A stretch of 63,518 nt of DNA, filler included, from Neoconidiobolus thromboides FSU 785 (lineage: Eukaryota > Fungi > Entomophthoromycota), in NCBI GenBank assembly GCA_025603075.1. It is 7 parts of 7 records of this genome, joined end to end, with 100 filler letters (N's around TTAATTAATTAA, not from the genome) between each part and the next. Parts side by side here need not be neighbours in the genome. Positions count along the whole stretch, not along the records: positions 1 to 22,333 come from MU626535.1; positions 22,434 to 46,431 come from MU626522.1; 5 more parts are not named here. The stretch is one strand, 5' to 3'. This document shows, in pieces, positions 12,154-23,304 of this stretch (the first letter of the stretch is position 1; each line of letters starts with the position of its first letter). A model generated the notes under the pieces. The model saw nothing but the letters and a program-made list of their open reading frames with translations, was not told the origin of the DNA and ran no database searches. The translations under genes were made by a program, and so were the position numbers.

Positions 12154-12938
12154 ATGTCCAACTCTACTGTTGAAGCTGAAGTTAAAGATTGTTTACAATG
12201 TCAAGTTCAAAACATACGCTGTGATCAAAAATTACCGGAATGTAGTCGATGTAGTCGCTTATTTGTAAGTTGTAGTTATACTGAATCGGAACCTGAAGAA
12301 ATCAGTAATCATTTATCCATTCCACAAAATATTTCCAATGTTTATAAAAGACGCTATAATTTCAATATAAGTTCACAAAGACCTCTATACTCTTTTAGAT
12401 CTTATTCACCAGATCCAATAGATAATGTTCAACATCATAATCATCCAACTTATTTAATTCATTCCCTTGGTCCTCCACCGCTTTATCCTTATCCTAAACC
12501 TAGTTTTATGACGGATGAGATCAATCAAGGTAATTAATAATAAGTTTTAATATTTCCTTTTGATTAAGTTATAATCCATTATTAGTGGATACACAATCAA
12601 GTTTTTATAGTAAAAGTAAAGTAGAAAAGATGATGGAAGAAGAAGATAATTATATTTATGATAATCCTATTGTTTGGCAATCCACTATGTTTAATAATAC
12701 TATGTCTGAAGATATGCAACCTTGTGAACTATGTTTTAAAAAAAATTTATCATGCAATGGAAAGAAACCAAAATGTGAGAACTGTGAAAGTACACAGGAA
12801 AAGTGTAATTATAAGAAAGGAGGTAATAATAATGATTTTTTAATAATAAACGGGGCTACTCAGAGAAAAAAAAAAAAAGTAGCAGAAAAGAGTTTAGGGG
12901 ATAAAGAAGTACCTTTAAAATTTAAAAATGGTATCTAA
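12154..12938 (+). CDS. Small protein with two Zn(II)2Cys6 binuclear clusters (2 exons: 12154-12529, 12586-12938; ~242 aa)
   Basis: Cluster 1 is CLQC-QVQNIR-C-DQKLPE-CSRC-SRLFVS-C. Cluster 2 is CELC-FKKNLS-C-NGKKPK-CENC-ESTQEK-C. A 56-nt intron GTAATT...ATTAG (12530-12585) joins the two track ORFs in frame (CAA G|TG GAT). Confidence 0.82.
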
Positions 12939-13564
12939 TTTTCGGAATCTATATGATCTTGTTTTATAGTTATGTTTTTATTTCTATTCTCACCTTATTT
13001 TAATAAATTTATATATTTTATCTGTCTATTATTAATTGTATTTTATTAAATTGTTATTACTATATTAATAATAATAACATTAAAATATAAAATTATATAG
13101 ATAAAGTTTAAAGTAGTAAGTTATAAAAACATAAATATATAATGTAAAGTTCAAAAATGCAGCTTGTTACATAAAAAAAGAATTAAACAAAAAAATACAT
13201 CTACACTTCTACTCACCTTTTATTTTCAATAGCTTTTGAAAGTTGAAGTTCACTAATAGTCTTATTACATCTACCAATCACTAATAAATAAGTATTATCT
13301 CCCCTTTTTGTTGTTGATTTATTTTCAAAACTATTAAATCAAAATTTCTTTTCTTTCACTCAAATTAAATCTTTTTTCATCTTTCTATAATGCTATGTTT
13401 TTATTTTAACATTGAACTTTTTTAAATCTAATTTTGTTTTTTTGTAAATTTAGAAATATATTCAATTTGATTAAAATTTAATAAAACTAAACTTTAATTT
13501 GTTTTTTTAAATCAAACTTCTGTTAATTATTTTAATTATTTTAACTATATTCTTGTATTAATAC

Positions 13565-13669
13565 ATGGGGATGCATTTTTTTGTTTAAGAATTTTGCTGA
13601 TAACTTTTCCACTCAAATAGCACTCAAAAGATGGAAGAAGTGATAAAATCAAAAAAAACATCTTCATAT
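13565..13669 (+). mobile_element. MITE family A copy (first of a head-to-tail tandem)
   Basis: ATGGGGATGCATTTTTTTGTTTAAGAATT...AAACATCTTCATAT. Confidence 0.88.
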
Positions 13670-13772
13670 GGGAATGTATTTTTGTATTCAAGAATTTTAC
13701 TAATAATTTTTCCACTCAAATAACGCTTAAAAGATGGAAAAAAATGCTGAAGCTAAAAAAACATCCCCATAT
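13666..13772 (+). mobile_element. MITE family A copy (second of the tandem, shares ATAT junction)
   Basis: ATATGGGAATGTATTTTTGTATTCAAGAATT...AAACATCCCCATAT. Confidence 0.9.
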
Positions 13773-13814
13773 GCTTATAAAACATTGATATATATAAACT
13801 AGGTAAAATAATAT

Positions 13815-13927
13815 ATATGAGGATGTATTTGTGTTTAATAATTTTATTAACAAATTTTTCATTTTTTAAGCGTTATTTGAGTGCAAAAGTTGGCAAAATT
13901 CTTAAACAAAAAAATACATCCCCATAT
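13815..13927. mobile_element. Chimeric MITE family A copy carrying two 'left' ends
   Basis: Begins as the forward consensus (ATATGAGGATGTATTTGTGTTTAATAATTTTATTAACAAATTTTTC). It then switches to the reverse-complement consensus (ATTTTTTAAGCGTTATTTGAGTGCAAAAG...TTCTTAAACAAAAAAATACATCCCCATAT). Confidence 0.8.
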
Positions 13928-14686
13928 ATTTAATCAAAATATAACTAATATTAGGCAAAAAAATAGTATTTGATATTGTTTTCTGGGATATTATAATATT
14001 AATAATTTAAGATTGATTTGTTTAGAATTACAGTATAATATATATAAGTTATCAAAATTAAGAAAGCTATTTATTAAATTATAATTTGTTGATTTGTTAA
14101 CTATATTAAAATAATTATTCAAATTATGAGTAAATTGAAGTAATTTTGCTCTTAAAATTAAACGTTTTTTTGAATTTATGGATAATTAATCTGAATTTTT
14201 TTACTTAAATTTGCTTTAAAAAATTTCATTTATGTATTTTAACATCTATATTTAGTAACTGTAATATAAAATTATAACTGTTATTATTTTATATATATAA
14301 CACTTTAATGCAAAGTTTAAAATTATTTTTTGATGTAATAGTTTTCTTAAAATTTAATTATTCTTAATTTGATTATTTTATTTTACTTTATTTTATTTTA
14401 TTTCATATAAGTTATATATATACTAATATGATGTTTATCAATATAGCATTTATTGATTTTTGGAAGTTTTCAAAGCTTTTTTAAAATACATATAAATAGG
14501 TTGTTTATATTTCATCTTTATAAAAAGGACCATTAACTGTTAGTTAAGCTTTAATTGATTAAGGAATACTGGATATATTAATTGAAAGAAGTTTTTATAA
14601 AATTTTAATAATATTTATAATAATAGGAGGTATATTATTTTTTACCACTTTTTTTAAATACAAATTAATAAAAATTAAAAAACAAA

Positions 14687-14792
14687 ATATGGGGGTGTTT
14701 TTTTGTGTTTAAGAATTTTACTAACAATCTTTCTACTCAAATAGCGCTTAAAAAATGGAAAAATAATGAAATCAAAAAAAACATCCCCATAT
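14687..14792 (+). mobile_element. MITE family A copy
   Basis: ATATGGGGGTGTTTTTTTGTGTTTAAGAATT...AAACATCCCCATAT. Confidence 0.92.
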
Positions 14793-15181
14793 AGCTAGTT
14801 AACATTTGGACTAAATTTATTACAATTTAATTCGAGATTTAATTTTAGCCAAAAAAGTGTTATTTAATTTTTAACTTTAAATTAAATTATTAAAACTCGA
14901 ACTACAATAGATTTGGCATAGATTGAGCTGTTCATACTAACAAAAATACTGTTGATGTTTATAAGAATTTCCTTTGACCAAATTCTTAGCTTAAAGTATT
15001 AAAAAAATTAGAGATTTGAAAAGATTATTACTTGACTTATTTGATTTGTATCTTTAATACATATCAACTTATAAGTTTAGAATATTTGCGATTTGTATTT
15101 CTATCAAAGTACAATTTATGTAACAACTATCTATTATATATGCTATCTACTGTATAAATTATTTACCATATTTTTATATAT

Positions 15182-15282
15182 TGGGGCTATTTTTTTTGGC
15201 TTCATTACTTTTTCTGTCTTTTAAGCGCTATTTAAACGGAAAATTTGTTACTAAAATTCTTAAACATAAAAATACATCCCCT
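15182..15282 (-). mobile_element. MITE family A copy
   Basis: TGGGGCTATTTTTTTTGGCTTCATT...AATACATCCCCT. Confidence 0.88.
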
Positions 15283-16473
15283 ATTAATACATATTTTATA
15301 AATTTAATAAAGTAGATGAAAAACTCATTTCAATAATAAATCAAAAAGATTAAAAATAAATAATTTATTGAGAAAAAATAGATCAAAAGATGCTAGAATC
15401 TTTTTATTCATTTATTTTTAAGTTATTAAAAGCTTTAAATAACTTAAATTAAGTATACTAATAAAAGAATATGATATCTTTCTAATCTATATCCTTTACC
15501 GAATTTTAGTAATAGGTTAATAAGTTTGACATTATATGGAAATGTGTCTTATTTGAAATATTTATAAATTGTTAATTTTATTTTTAAACTTTAAAGAAGA
15601 TAGATAATTTATATTTTTAAATTTATGAGTTATTTTTAAAAAAATCACTAGTACTAATTTTACGACTAAAACTATCTAAATTTAGTACATAAATTATGTA
15701 GTGATAATTTAAATAGTAAAATTTAATAATTTTCATATAGCATTGAATAGTAAGAACTATATCTAAGTGATCTATCAATTGATCATATAATTAATATAGT
15801 AATATTTCATATAGTAAAAAAAATATGATACTAACAATATAAGAAATAGGTATTTTCTCGATATTGTATTTGATCGAATGTCTATTTTATAAAAACAAAG
15901 TGCTTTAAGATATTATTTCTAAAGAACAATCTAAAGACAATAATATATTGCTATTAATGCTATAGCTTATTTTATTTATTTTATTAATTTGATTTACTAT
16001 ATTTAGATAGGAATTAATTTTGAATAGATTTGTATTTGATTAGATTTAATTTTATCTCAAAAAGTTTATTAAAAGGTATTTCGCAGCACATTATGTATAA
16101 TTGATTTTGTCAACAGGTTGTTAATATTGAATTTAACGCTAACTGCTTATATTGTTTTATAAAATCAGAGCTTTAGTTTGTCACTATATTACTATTAATT
16201 AATAGTATAGCTTCTTATTATATATCAATGATTATTGATTTTTAAGCTTTAATATCAACTTATTTGCAAAGATATCTTTTTAAAGGCAGTATATTTATTT
16301 TACATTTTACATTAAAATTTTTAAAATGCTATAGCTTAAGGTTATGTTCAAATTAATAATTGAAATATTTATTCGCTAATATCTATATTTTATTCATAAT
16401 GAAATTACAAAAAAAGGTTAGTTAAAAAATCAATTATTGCAATATTCGAATGAATATAGTCCAATTTATAACA

Positions 16474-16581
16474 ATTTAGATATATTGATATTAAGTTGAT
16501 ATAAACAAGATTTAAATATATTAGTATCAAGTTAATATAAATAAAATTTAAATATATTAACATTAAATTGATATATAAAGA
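16474..16581. repeat. Degenerate 36-bp tandem repeat, three units
   Basis: ATTTAGATATATTGATATTAAGTTGATATAAACAAG / ATTTAAATATATTAGTATCAAGTTAATATAAATAAA / ATTTAAATATATTAACATTAAATTGATATATAAAGA. Confidence 0.7.
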
Positions 16582-18339
16582 TGAGTTGCTTTATTCAAGA
16601 CATTATCTATTGTATTATATTGTTTATTATTAATAGAATTATATATATAACATGTTAAAGCAATATGATCTTAAGTGGAAGTGGCTTAAAAAAGGCTATG
16701 TCACTACGTTTTTGTGATAAAAAATAAAGTTTAGTTATAATTTATAAACGGGTTTTACTTGGTATTCTATCACTCGACAATTCAAAAGAATAACTAATAA
16801 TTCAATGTAGTATACTGAAAAAAGAAATTTCTAAATCAAATCTTTTGATGTACTAGATTCCATTCACTTTTAAAATTACAAATATGAAATTAAAGAACAT
16901 CATTTACAAAAATTAATAGTATTACGAATAGAGTTTAAAGTCAAAAAGGTATAAGCAAACATGTATTAGTATATTTTTGATACTCTTAATATATATCAAT
17001 ACTATTTATTCTTGTATAACTCTTAGCTTTAGTTAATCATAGAGCTATATTTTATCTAAGAGTTAACTGTAAGACGCACCATTTCTTGGTATTATAGAAA
17101 CAAAGTAAGGAATAATGTTATATAGATTATCCATAATTACTATTAATTCAATGATCTGTTCGTGTATGAATGTATTAATTATATTGAATTAATACAACTG
17201 ATTCGCAATAAACTATAAAGTAAAGATCCGTGAATAACTTGAAACTAGCTTTTATTTGAAAACATATTTAAAAATAAGTTCCGTAAATTATTTTTATTTG
17301 TATATTATTAAATTTGCAGTAGAAAATAGTTTAATTATATGGATTAAATTTATAAATAGAATCTTTTTTTGAGTTTTATGATTAATTATAAAGCAACATT
17401 ATTATATCGGTTATTATTTTGGGATACTACACCTTTTTAATGAATAAAGATGGTTACTGTTGATCATACTTTTATTGTTTTAAAAAAGTTAAACTAGTAA
17501 TAAAAGTATGATTTTATTATACAAGTTTTAAATACTCTAATGTATTAGGACTATTGATTCTTATTCTCTTGGTTTAGTAATATATCTATTAGCTCATTCA
17601 TTAACAAATCCAGTTAATTTTAGAGCAAGTCTATTCTGGAAACGTCGGAATCAGCTCTCCCTGACCAAAAATAAATGCTTTCCAACAGTCTGGTAGCTAT
17701 TAGTTCACTATAAGAACAAACGAAAAAATTTAATATAAGATCATACAACAGTACAGTGTAAGTGTAAATATAAATACAAATCTAATACTAAGTGTGAATG
17801 TACATAAAAATATAGAGGCAACGGTTTTAGTTTGAGGGGTTGGTGTAATGATACTTTAAATTACAAATATTAAAAATTGAGTTAAGGCAGTTTTAAATTT
17901 AATATTATGTCTAGATTTGTAAACCTATTATTTTATCATTTAATTTATTAAATTTTAAATTCAACTTTGATATTAACTTATTTGTCAATTCTCTTCCAAC
18001 CTAAATCATGGCTCAAAATTTATTTTATAATGGATGATTCCAAATGTAGTAATTTTAAGCCAAGTGACAGCAAATTCCAGTTCCAATTTGTAGTAGCATT
18101 GGCTAATGCTTTGCTTTTAAATATTAATATATGTGAGCTTATAGTAATAATATGTGTATGTCAGGCTCATCCGACTCATATTTTTTTTTTTAGACAAGTT
18201 TTGATCTGAACAAATTAATATATTCCCAATTTATCAAGTTAAAATAATTAATCTATCATTAATAAACTCAAGACAAACCCTATTTAAACAGCGTTTTTGG
18301 AAGAAAATTATAAAATTATAAAATCCAAAATTAACAATA

Positions 18340-19350
18340 ATGTGTAATCCAAATAATATCGATTCAACCGCAGATAAAACAACAGCTACTATTAGTACTT
18401 TTAAATGTAAACCATGTCAGCGTAGAAGGCTTAAGTGTGATATGACTATGCCAACTTGTAAGAAATGTATAAAAAGGGGTATGGAGTGTGTATATGTCTA
18501 CAAACCACCACGTGTCAGAAGGCAAAAGGACGAAAGCTACCAAGCTTATGTTAATAAATTTTCAACTAAAGATGATCAAGATTGTGATATTGATTTTGAT
18601 CCTCCTAAATTTAATCATAATGGTTCCGGAACTGAAAGCTCTGAATCAATAATAACAATTTCTCCTTCACCATCTAAAGGTAATTATGATATGTTGGTAG
18701 ATTTAAACGTTGAAAATGAATTACCAAATGACTTCGAACTGAAGAGTAACATTGCAACAAATCATGTTGTTGAATCCAATTGCTTTATTACCAATTATAT
18801 GGAGCTTTTACCATACAACTTAAGTAGTCCAACTTATTCTCCTGGTATAAGAACACCTTTTAATCAAACTTCTGAAGAGGAATTAACATCAATTGCACAG
18901 AATTTATACTTTAAAAATGTAAACAGTACCTTTATTTTATTTCCTATTACCTCTTCACAAAGATGGAGGTATTTCAATTATATATCAAATGCTGTTACTG
19001 CATTAGGGCTTTTATATTTACCATCACATTATGAAGGGTTTGAATCTTTAAAGTGTACATTGGAGGAAAAATTACTATCAGATTTAAGTAATAACTATGC
19101 CACATACTCTCTAGAAACTTTACAATTTTATATATTATGTTATCAAATAATATTATTATCTAATTCTCTTTCCCCATGCCCTTTTCCAATACTTACTCAG
19201 CTCGGTACTACCTGTCTAAACCAAGCTAAAGCAACTTCAGAGTACTTCAAAAGCTCATCACCTAATCTAGTTGAGCTTTCACGTAGTAATCCTTTTTTCA
19301 GTTTAGAGCTTAATGCTGCTTTAGATTTACTAACTAGTTTCGAACAATAA
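18340..19350 (+). CDS. Zn(II)2Cys6 (GAL4-type) transcription factor, 336 aa, possibly C-terminally truncated
   Basis: Canonical CKPC-QRRRLK-C-DMTMPT-CKKC-IKRGME-C with a basic linker (KPPRVRRQK). Protein-like text continues in frame past the stop. Confidence 0.88.
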   Translation: MCNPNNIDSTADKTTATISTFKCKPCQRRRLKCDMTMPTCKKCIKRGMECVYVYKPPRVRRQKDESYQAYVNKFSTKDDQDCDIDFDPPKFNHNGSGTESSESIITISPSPSKGNYDMLVDLNVENELPNDFELKSNIATNHVVESNCFITNYMELLPYNLSSPTYSPGIRTPFNQTSEEELTSIAQNLYFKNVNSTFILFPITSSQRWRYFNYISNAVTALGLLYLPSHYEGFESLKCTLEEKLLSDLSNNYATYSLETLQFYILCYQIILLSNSLSPCPFPILTQLGTTCLNQAKATSEYFKSSSPNLVELSRSNPFFSLELNAALDLLTSFEQ

Positions 19351-20082
19351 TCTTTTTATTTAATGTTATCTGGTAGTATAACAATTTTATCCCCTTCTTG
19401 ATCCTTCGAAGTTTTCTTTTAATAAAATAATTTTCAATCTTTAAATATAATGACGGATTTATCACTATTTGAAACATCTTTAAGAATAGAATTAAAATAA
19501 CATCTTATTATGTAGCTCTATTTTATTATCTTTAAATCATTTATATTATTAGTCAATATACACTTACTTTTAAAATGTTAAAGCTTTATTAAATATATGA
19601 TTTATTAAAAATACTATAAAAAGGAAAGCGTTTTCTTTGTATAATAAGATAATATTTACTATAGAAATAAAAGTTAAGCAAATAGTAAATTATTTTCTTA
19701 AATGTCTATATTAAAACTAAATGTTTATTATTAGGACATAAACATGACTTAATGGCAACCTAAATGAGTCACACTTAAAGTAGAAAAGCCTTGATTGTAA
19801 TAAATACGATGGAGAGCGATTAATTATCTCAATTTGGATTAGTATTATGATATAAATTGAAATGTAAGCTTTTAGTTGTAATTTGACAGAAGAATTGATA
19901 GTAAATCTTTAATAAATATTAGCTAGATGTAGACCATGATTAAAATAAGGGATAAAGAAGTATAAATCCTATTTAACCACTTTCATGTGATAAATATAAT
20001 AATATTGGGGATATGATTACAATTGAAGGGATTTCCATTCCAAATACGTAATAGATCTTAAGTTAGAGTAAAAAAGTGATCA

Positions 20083-21200
20083 CTTATAGCTCTCATAAAA
20101 TATTCTCAAAGTGGTTGAAATGGTAGTTTCTTTTATAGGTAAAAATTTTAACATCAATCTTGATAAAAGAATTGTAAATACTTTAAAGTAAACATCATGC
20201 TGCAGTTTGATCACACTAATATTTTGTTTTGCTCTTTCATTGTGGTTTTTGTTTAATACCGTCAATATTTTGAGAAGATTAACTTATGAAAAATTGCCAA
20301 ACTGTTTTGAAGAATCTATAGTGAAAATTCATTTTTGTCATATTAATATAACATCTTTATAATTGAAAGATGAGGCTATAAAATTGAAATGATTTCAGTT
20401 ATTTAGAGAACGAATTCTTAAATGAGCGATTCTATTAAGGTTTAATAATAATACTATAAACTGAAATTCAACTATGGTGTGATATCCAGTTTAATCATTT
20501 AATTGAGTTTATACAAGCTTCAAGATAGATAGTGCCAAGGTTCCAAGGTGCCAACATATTGGTTAAAAAGCCAAACCGAGTAAAGGTTTGGACTCTTCTT
20601 GATTTCAGTGAATACAACAAATAATAGACAAAGAGTAAATAGGAGATGATAGTTGACATCTTTACCTTAATATACAAAGGAAAAACTTAAAAAAATTGAC
20701 TGAATAATCATATATGTTGTTTCTTATAGTTTAGATATGTTATGGTTAATAAAGTAATTAAGCTTTGTGGATTTACAACTGCTATACTTAGCAGTGTTTA
20801 GTAGTTTTCAAGTTGATTAAATTTACTTAATCAAGTAATAGGTAAAAGAATAAATATCCCAATGAATAAATACTTTTAAAGCTGGGCCAATTCCTTACCA
20901 AAATGGCGTAAACCATTTTTAATCCGTTCATTAGGTAAAATATCGGGGGTAAATAAAATTGAGGAATAGTTTGCTGAATAATGTTAAAAATAAGGTCCTG
21001 GGTCTATTTTCTCACTAAGTTTTAAAAGAACCACAAAAAACATAAACTTACTGATTTGTGAGCAACTCGAGAATTCTAGATTTTAAAACAAAATCAAACA
21101 AATCTGATGGTTTAATTGTTACACATGGCAAGCAGTAGATGGTTTATTCTTTTAGTATCAATAGTTGATAAATATGTAGAGTATAAAATAAACATAGATA
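20083..21200 (-). pseudogene. Decayed gene resembling the C-terminal (dimerization) region of RFX-family transcription factors
   Basis: Reverse frame reads TIKPSDLFDFVLKSRILELLTNH / intron GTAAGT...TTAG / EKIDPGPYF*HYSANYSSILFTPDILPNERIKNGLRHFGKELAQL*. This recalls RFX ILIPDVLRPIP...AIRNFAKSL. The downstream piece ...RLMLK...LRIFYESY recalls RDLTLR...IRLLYDEY. Several in-frame stops. Confidence 0.42.
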
Positions 21201-21502
21201 AACAACATAAAAATTGAATCAGTTAAACAAGAAAGATATTTGATATTATTTTTGTTGACTAATTATTAAATAAATACAGTATAAAGACAGGTTACAACTT
21301 ATAACAAAAAATAATGAGAAAACATTTTTAGGTTGTTTTAATTTATTAAATATAATTTAGAAATAAATGTTTTCTATAAAAGCTACTTTGCTTCAAGTCT
21401 GTGAATATCGAAAACAAAATTACAATGCAAGAATATTTCTTTTAAAAGCGATTATGAAATAATCAATATTATAAGTAAATTACATGTTCAAACATTAAAA
21501 TA

Positions 21503-21580
21503 TGGAGATGTTCTTTTTAATTTCAACACTTTTCATTTTAAGTACTATTGAAAGCGGAAAATAAGTTAGTAAGTCTCCTA
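21503..21580 (-). mobile_element. Degenerate/partial MITE family A copy
   Basis: TGGAGATGTTCTTTTTAATTTCAACACTTTTCATTTTAAGTACTATTGAAAGCGGAAAATAAGTTAGTAAG; the other end is eroded. Confidence 0.65.
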
Positions 21581-22132
21581 TAGAGACACCATTATATAGC
21601 TGTTAGGATTTCCAAAGTTATATATTACGGTTCTACTGATAGATTTTTTTTTGCTAAATTCAATTAAATTTCTGCTATCTATAATACCATGCTTATCTAA
21701 TTTTAGTATATTATTCAATAAAAGTATAATATAAATATTATTTACAGAGGGCTTTTCAAATTGTAATATTTATTTTAAAGTTTTGTGTGTTTTTATATTA
21801 CAACTTTAAGATTTAAATAAAAGATTAGCCGCTATTTTCAATAATTGGCTTTGTGAAAACATCTTAATTATTAGTATTTTTGTTTAATCAAGTTACATTC
21901 AAAAATTTAATAATTATTTCTAGTTAGACAATTTACAACATGGATCCTCAAATTGATTTCATTATCTAATTTTAAAATTCTATAAAATAAATTCTTTATT
22001 GAAAAACAAAAGTGTCTAACAGTTAAATTATTTTATTATTTATATTGCAAGTTAGCAGAATTTTACCAAATTTAATAGAAATTCCCGGATTAGCAAGGAT
22101 TTTACTAATATGACCTATATATTAATAACGTA

Positions 22133-22225
22133 ATTCTAACATTAAGATAATTTATTTAGTAGCAAATCTGTTTTATAGCCAATATTGCAGATTTGCTATT
22201 AAATAAATTATCTTAATGTTAGAAT
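22133..22225. repeat. Near-perfect inverted repeat: 38-bp arms (1 mismatch), 17-nt loop
   Basis: ATTCTAACATTAAGATAATTTATTTAGTAGCAAATCTG (22133-22170) pairs with CAGATTTGCTATTAAATAAATTATCTTAATGTTAGAAT (22188-22225). Confidence 0.9.
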
Positions 22226-22226
22226 C

Positions 22227-22333
22227 ATATGGGAGTGTTTTTTTTAACTTCATTATTTTTTCCATCTTTTAAACACTATTTAAGCGGAAAATTTGTTAGT
22301 AAAATTCTTAAACACAAAAATACATCCCCATAT
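22227..22333 (-). mobile_element. MITE family A copy at contig end
   Basis: ATATGGGAGTGTTTTTTTTAACTTC...AATACATCCCCATAT, immediately followed by the N spacer. Confidence 0.92.
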
Positions 22334-22433
22334 NNNNNNNNNNNNNNNNNNNNNNNNNNNNNNNNNNNNNNNNNNNNTTAATTAATTAANNNNNNNNNNN
22401 NNNNNNNNNNNNNNNNNNNNNNNNNNNNNNNNN
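22334..22433. other. Artificial contig spacer (44 N + TTAATTAATTAA + 44 N)
   Basis: An identical 100-nt structure occurs six times. The 12-mer contains stop codons in all six frames. Confidence 0.97.
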
Positions 22434-22436
22434 AAA

Positions 22437-22536
22437 TGGGGATGTATTTTTGTGTTTAAGAATTTTACTAACAAATTTTCCGCTTAAATAGCGCTTAAAA
22501 AATGGAAAAAATAATGAAGTTAAAAAAACACTCCCA
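22437..22536 (+). mobile_element. MITE family A copy at contig start (closest to consensus)
   Basis: TGGGGATGTATTTTTGTGTTTAAGAATTTTACTAACAAATTTTCCGCTTAAATAGCGCTTAAAAAATGG...CACTCCCA. Confidence 0.93.
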
Positions 22537-22545
22537 AATGTTATA

Positions 22546-22611
22546 TAGAGATGTGTTTTTGTGTTCAAGAATGTTAGTAATGATCTTTCCACTCATAGCG
22601 CTTAAAAAATG
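22546..22611 (+). mobile_element. Truncated MITE family A copy
   Basis: TAGAGATGTGTTTTTGTGTTCAAGAATGTTAGTAATGATCTTTCCACTCATAGCGCTTAAAAAATG; right end missing. Confidence 0.75.
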
Positions 22612-23200
22612 TTTAAATAATTAGAATGTAAACTATGAAATTAGCTTTGTAGTTTTTATTACTTTGCTAAATTATTTGAAATTGTCAAAAGTTTAAGTTA
22701 ATTTCAAAACTTTTGTATTTAAATTAATTTATATAAGTAGCATTGTTTTATTCAATATGTATTTGATCAAAATATAATAAATTTTATACTTAAAATAAGT
22801 TTGTATTGTAATGCTATAATAATTACATTCATTCAAGTAAACTGATATAGATAACTTAATTTAAAAATGAATATAAAAATTTCAAATTAAAAAATACCAG
22901 TTATTTTACATTTTATACTGTCTAAATATCTATATCTATATTTATGATATATTTTATTAAACTAATTAATATTCAAAATTATACTAAATAACATATTCTA
23001 TATTCATTACTGATAAATAAAAATCTATACTTTTTATTATATAAGAAAATGAATTATTAAAATTAGTTGAAATTAAAAGAGTGCTTAGCTAATTAAACTG
23101 ATTTAGCTTTCTGGCAAAAATTAAAAAAAACTCATAAATTGAATAAACTCAGTTTATCGTCATTAAAAATTTAAAACTGAATTAAATTGAATCAACTAAT

Positions 23201-23304
23201 ATATGGGAGTGTTTTTTTTGACATCATTATTTTTTCCATTTTTAAGCGCTATTTAAGCGGAAAAATTATTAATAAAATTCTTAAACACAAAAATACATCC
23301 CCAT
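23201..23304 (-). mobile_element. MITE family A copy
   Basis: ATATGGGAGTGTTTTTTTTGACATC...AATACATCCCCAT. Confidence 0.92.

Noticed and set aside
19348-19350. Non-standard genetic code or stop-codon readthrough to explain the many in-frame stops
   Set aside because: Conserved genes (ATP4, MCO, CHS, CsbD) terminate normally at TAA, the GPCR ends at TGA, and the pseudogenes also carry frameshifts.
22386-22592. Track ORFs at 9956, 22386, 23187, 37370, 40487, 61987 and 62000 with similar peptides (FKRYLSGKFVSKILKHKNTSP)
   Set aside because: They are read-through translations of MITE family A copies, some starting at non-ATG codons or crossing N spacers, not a protein family.
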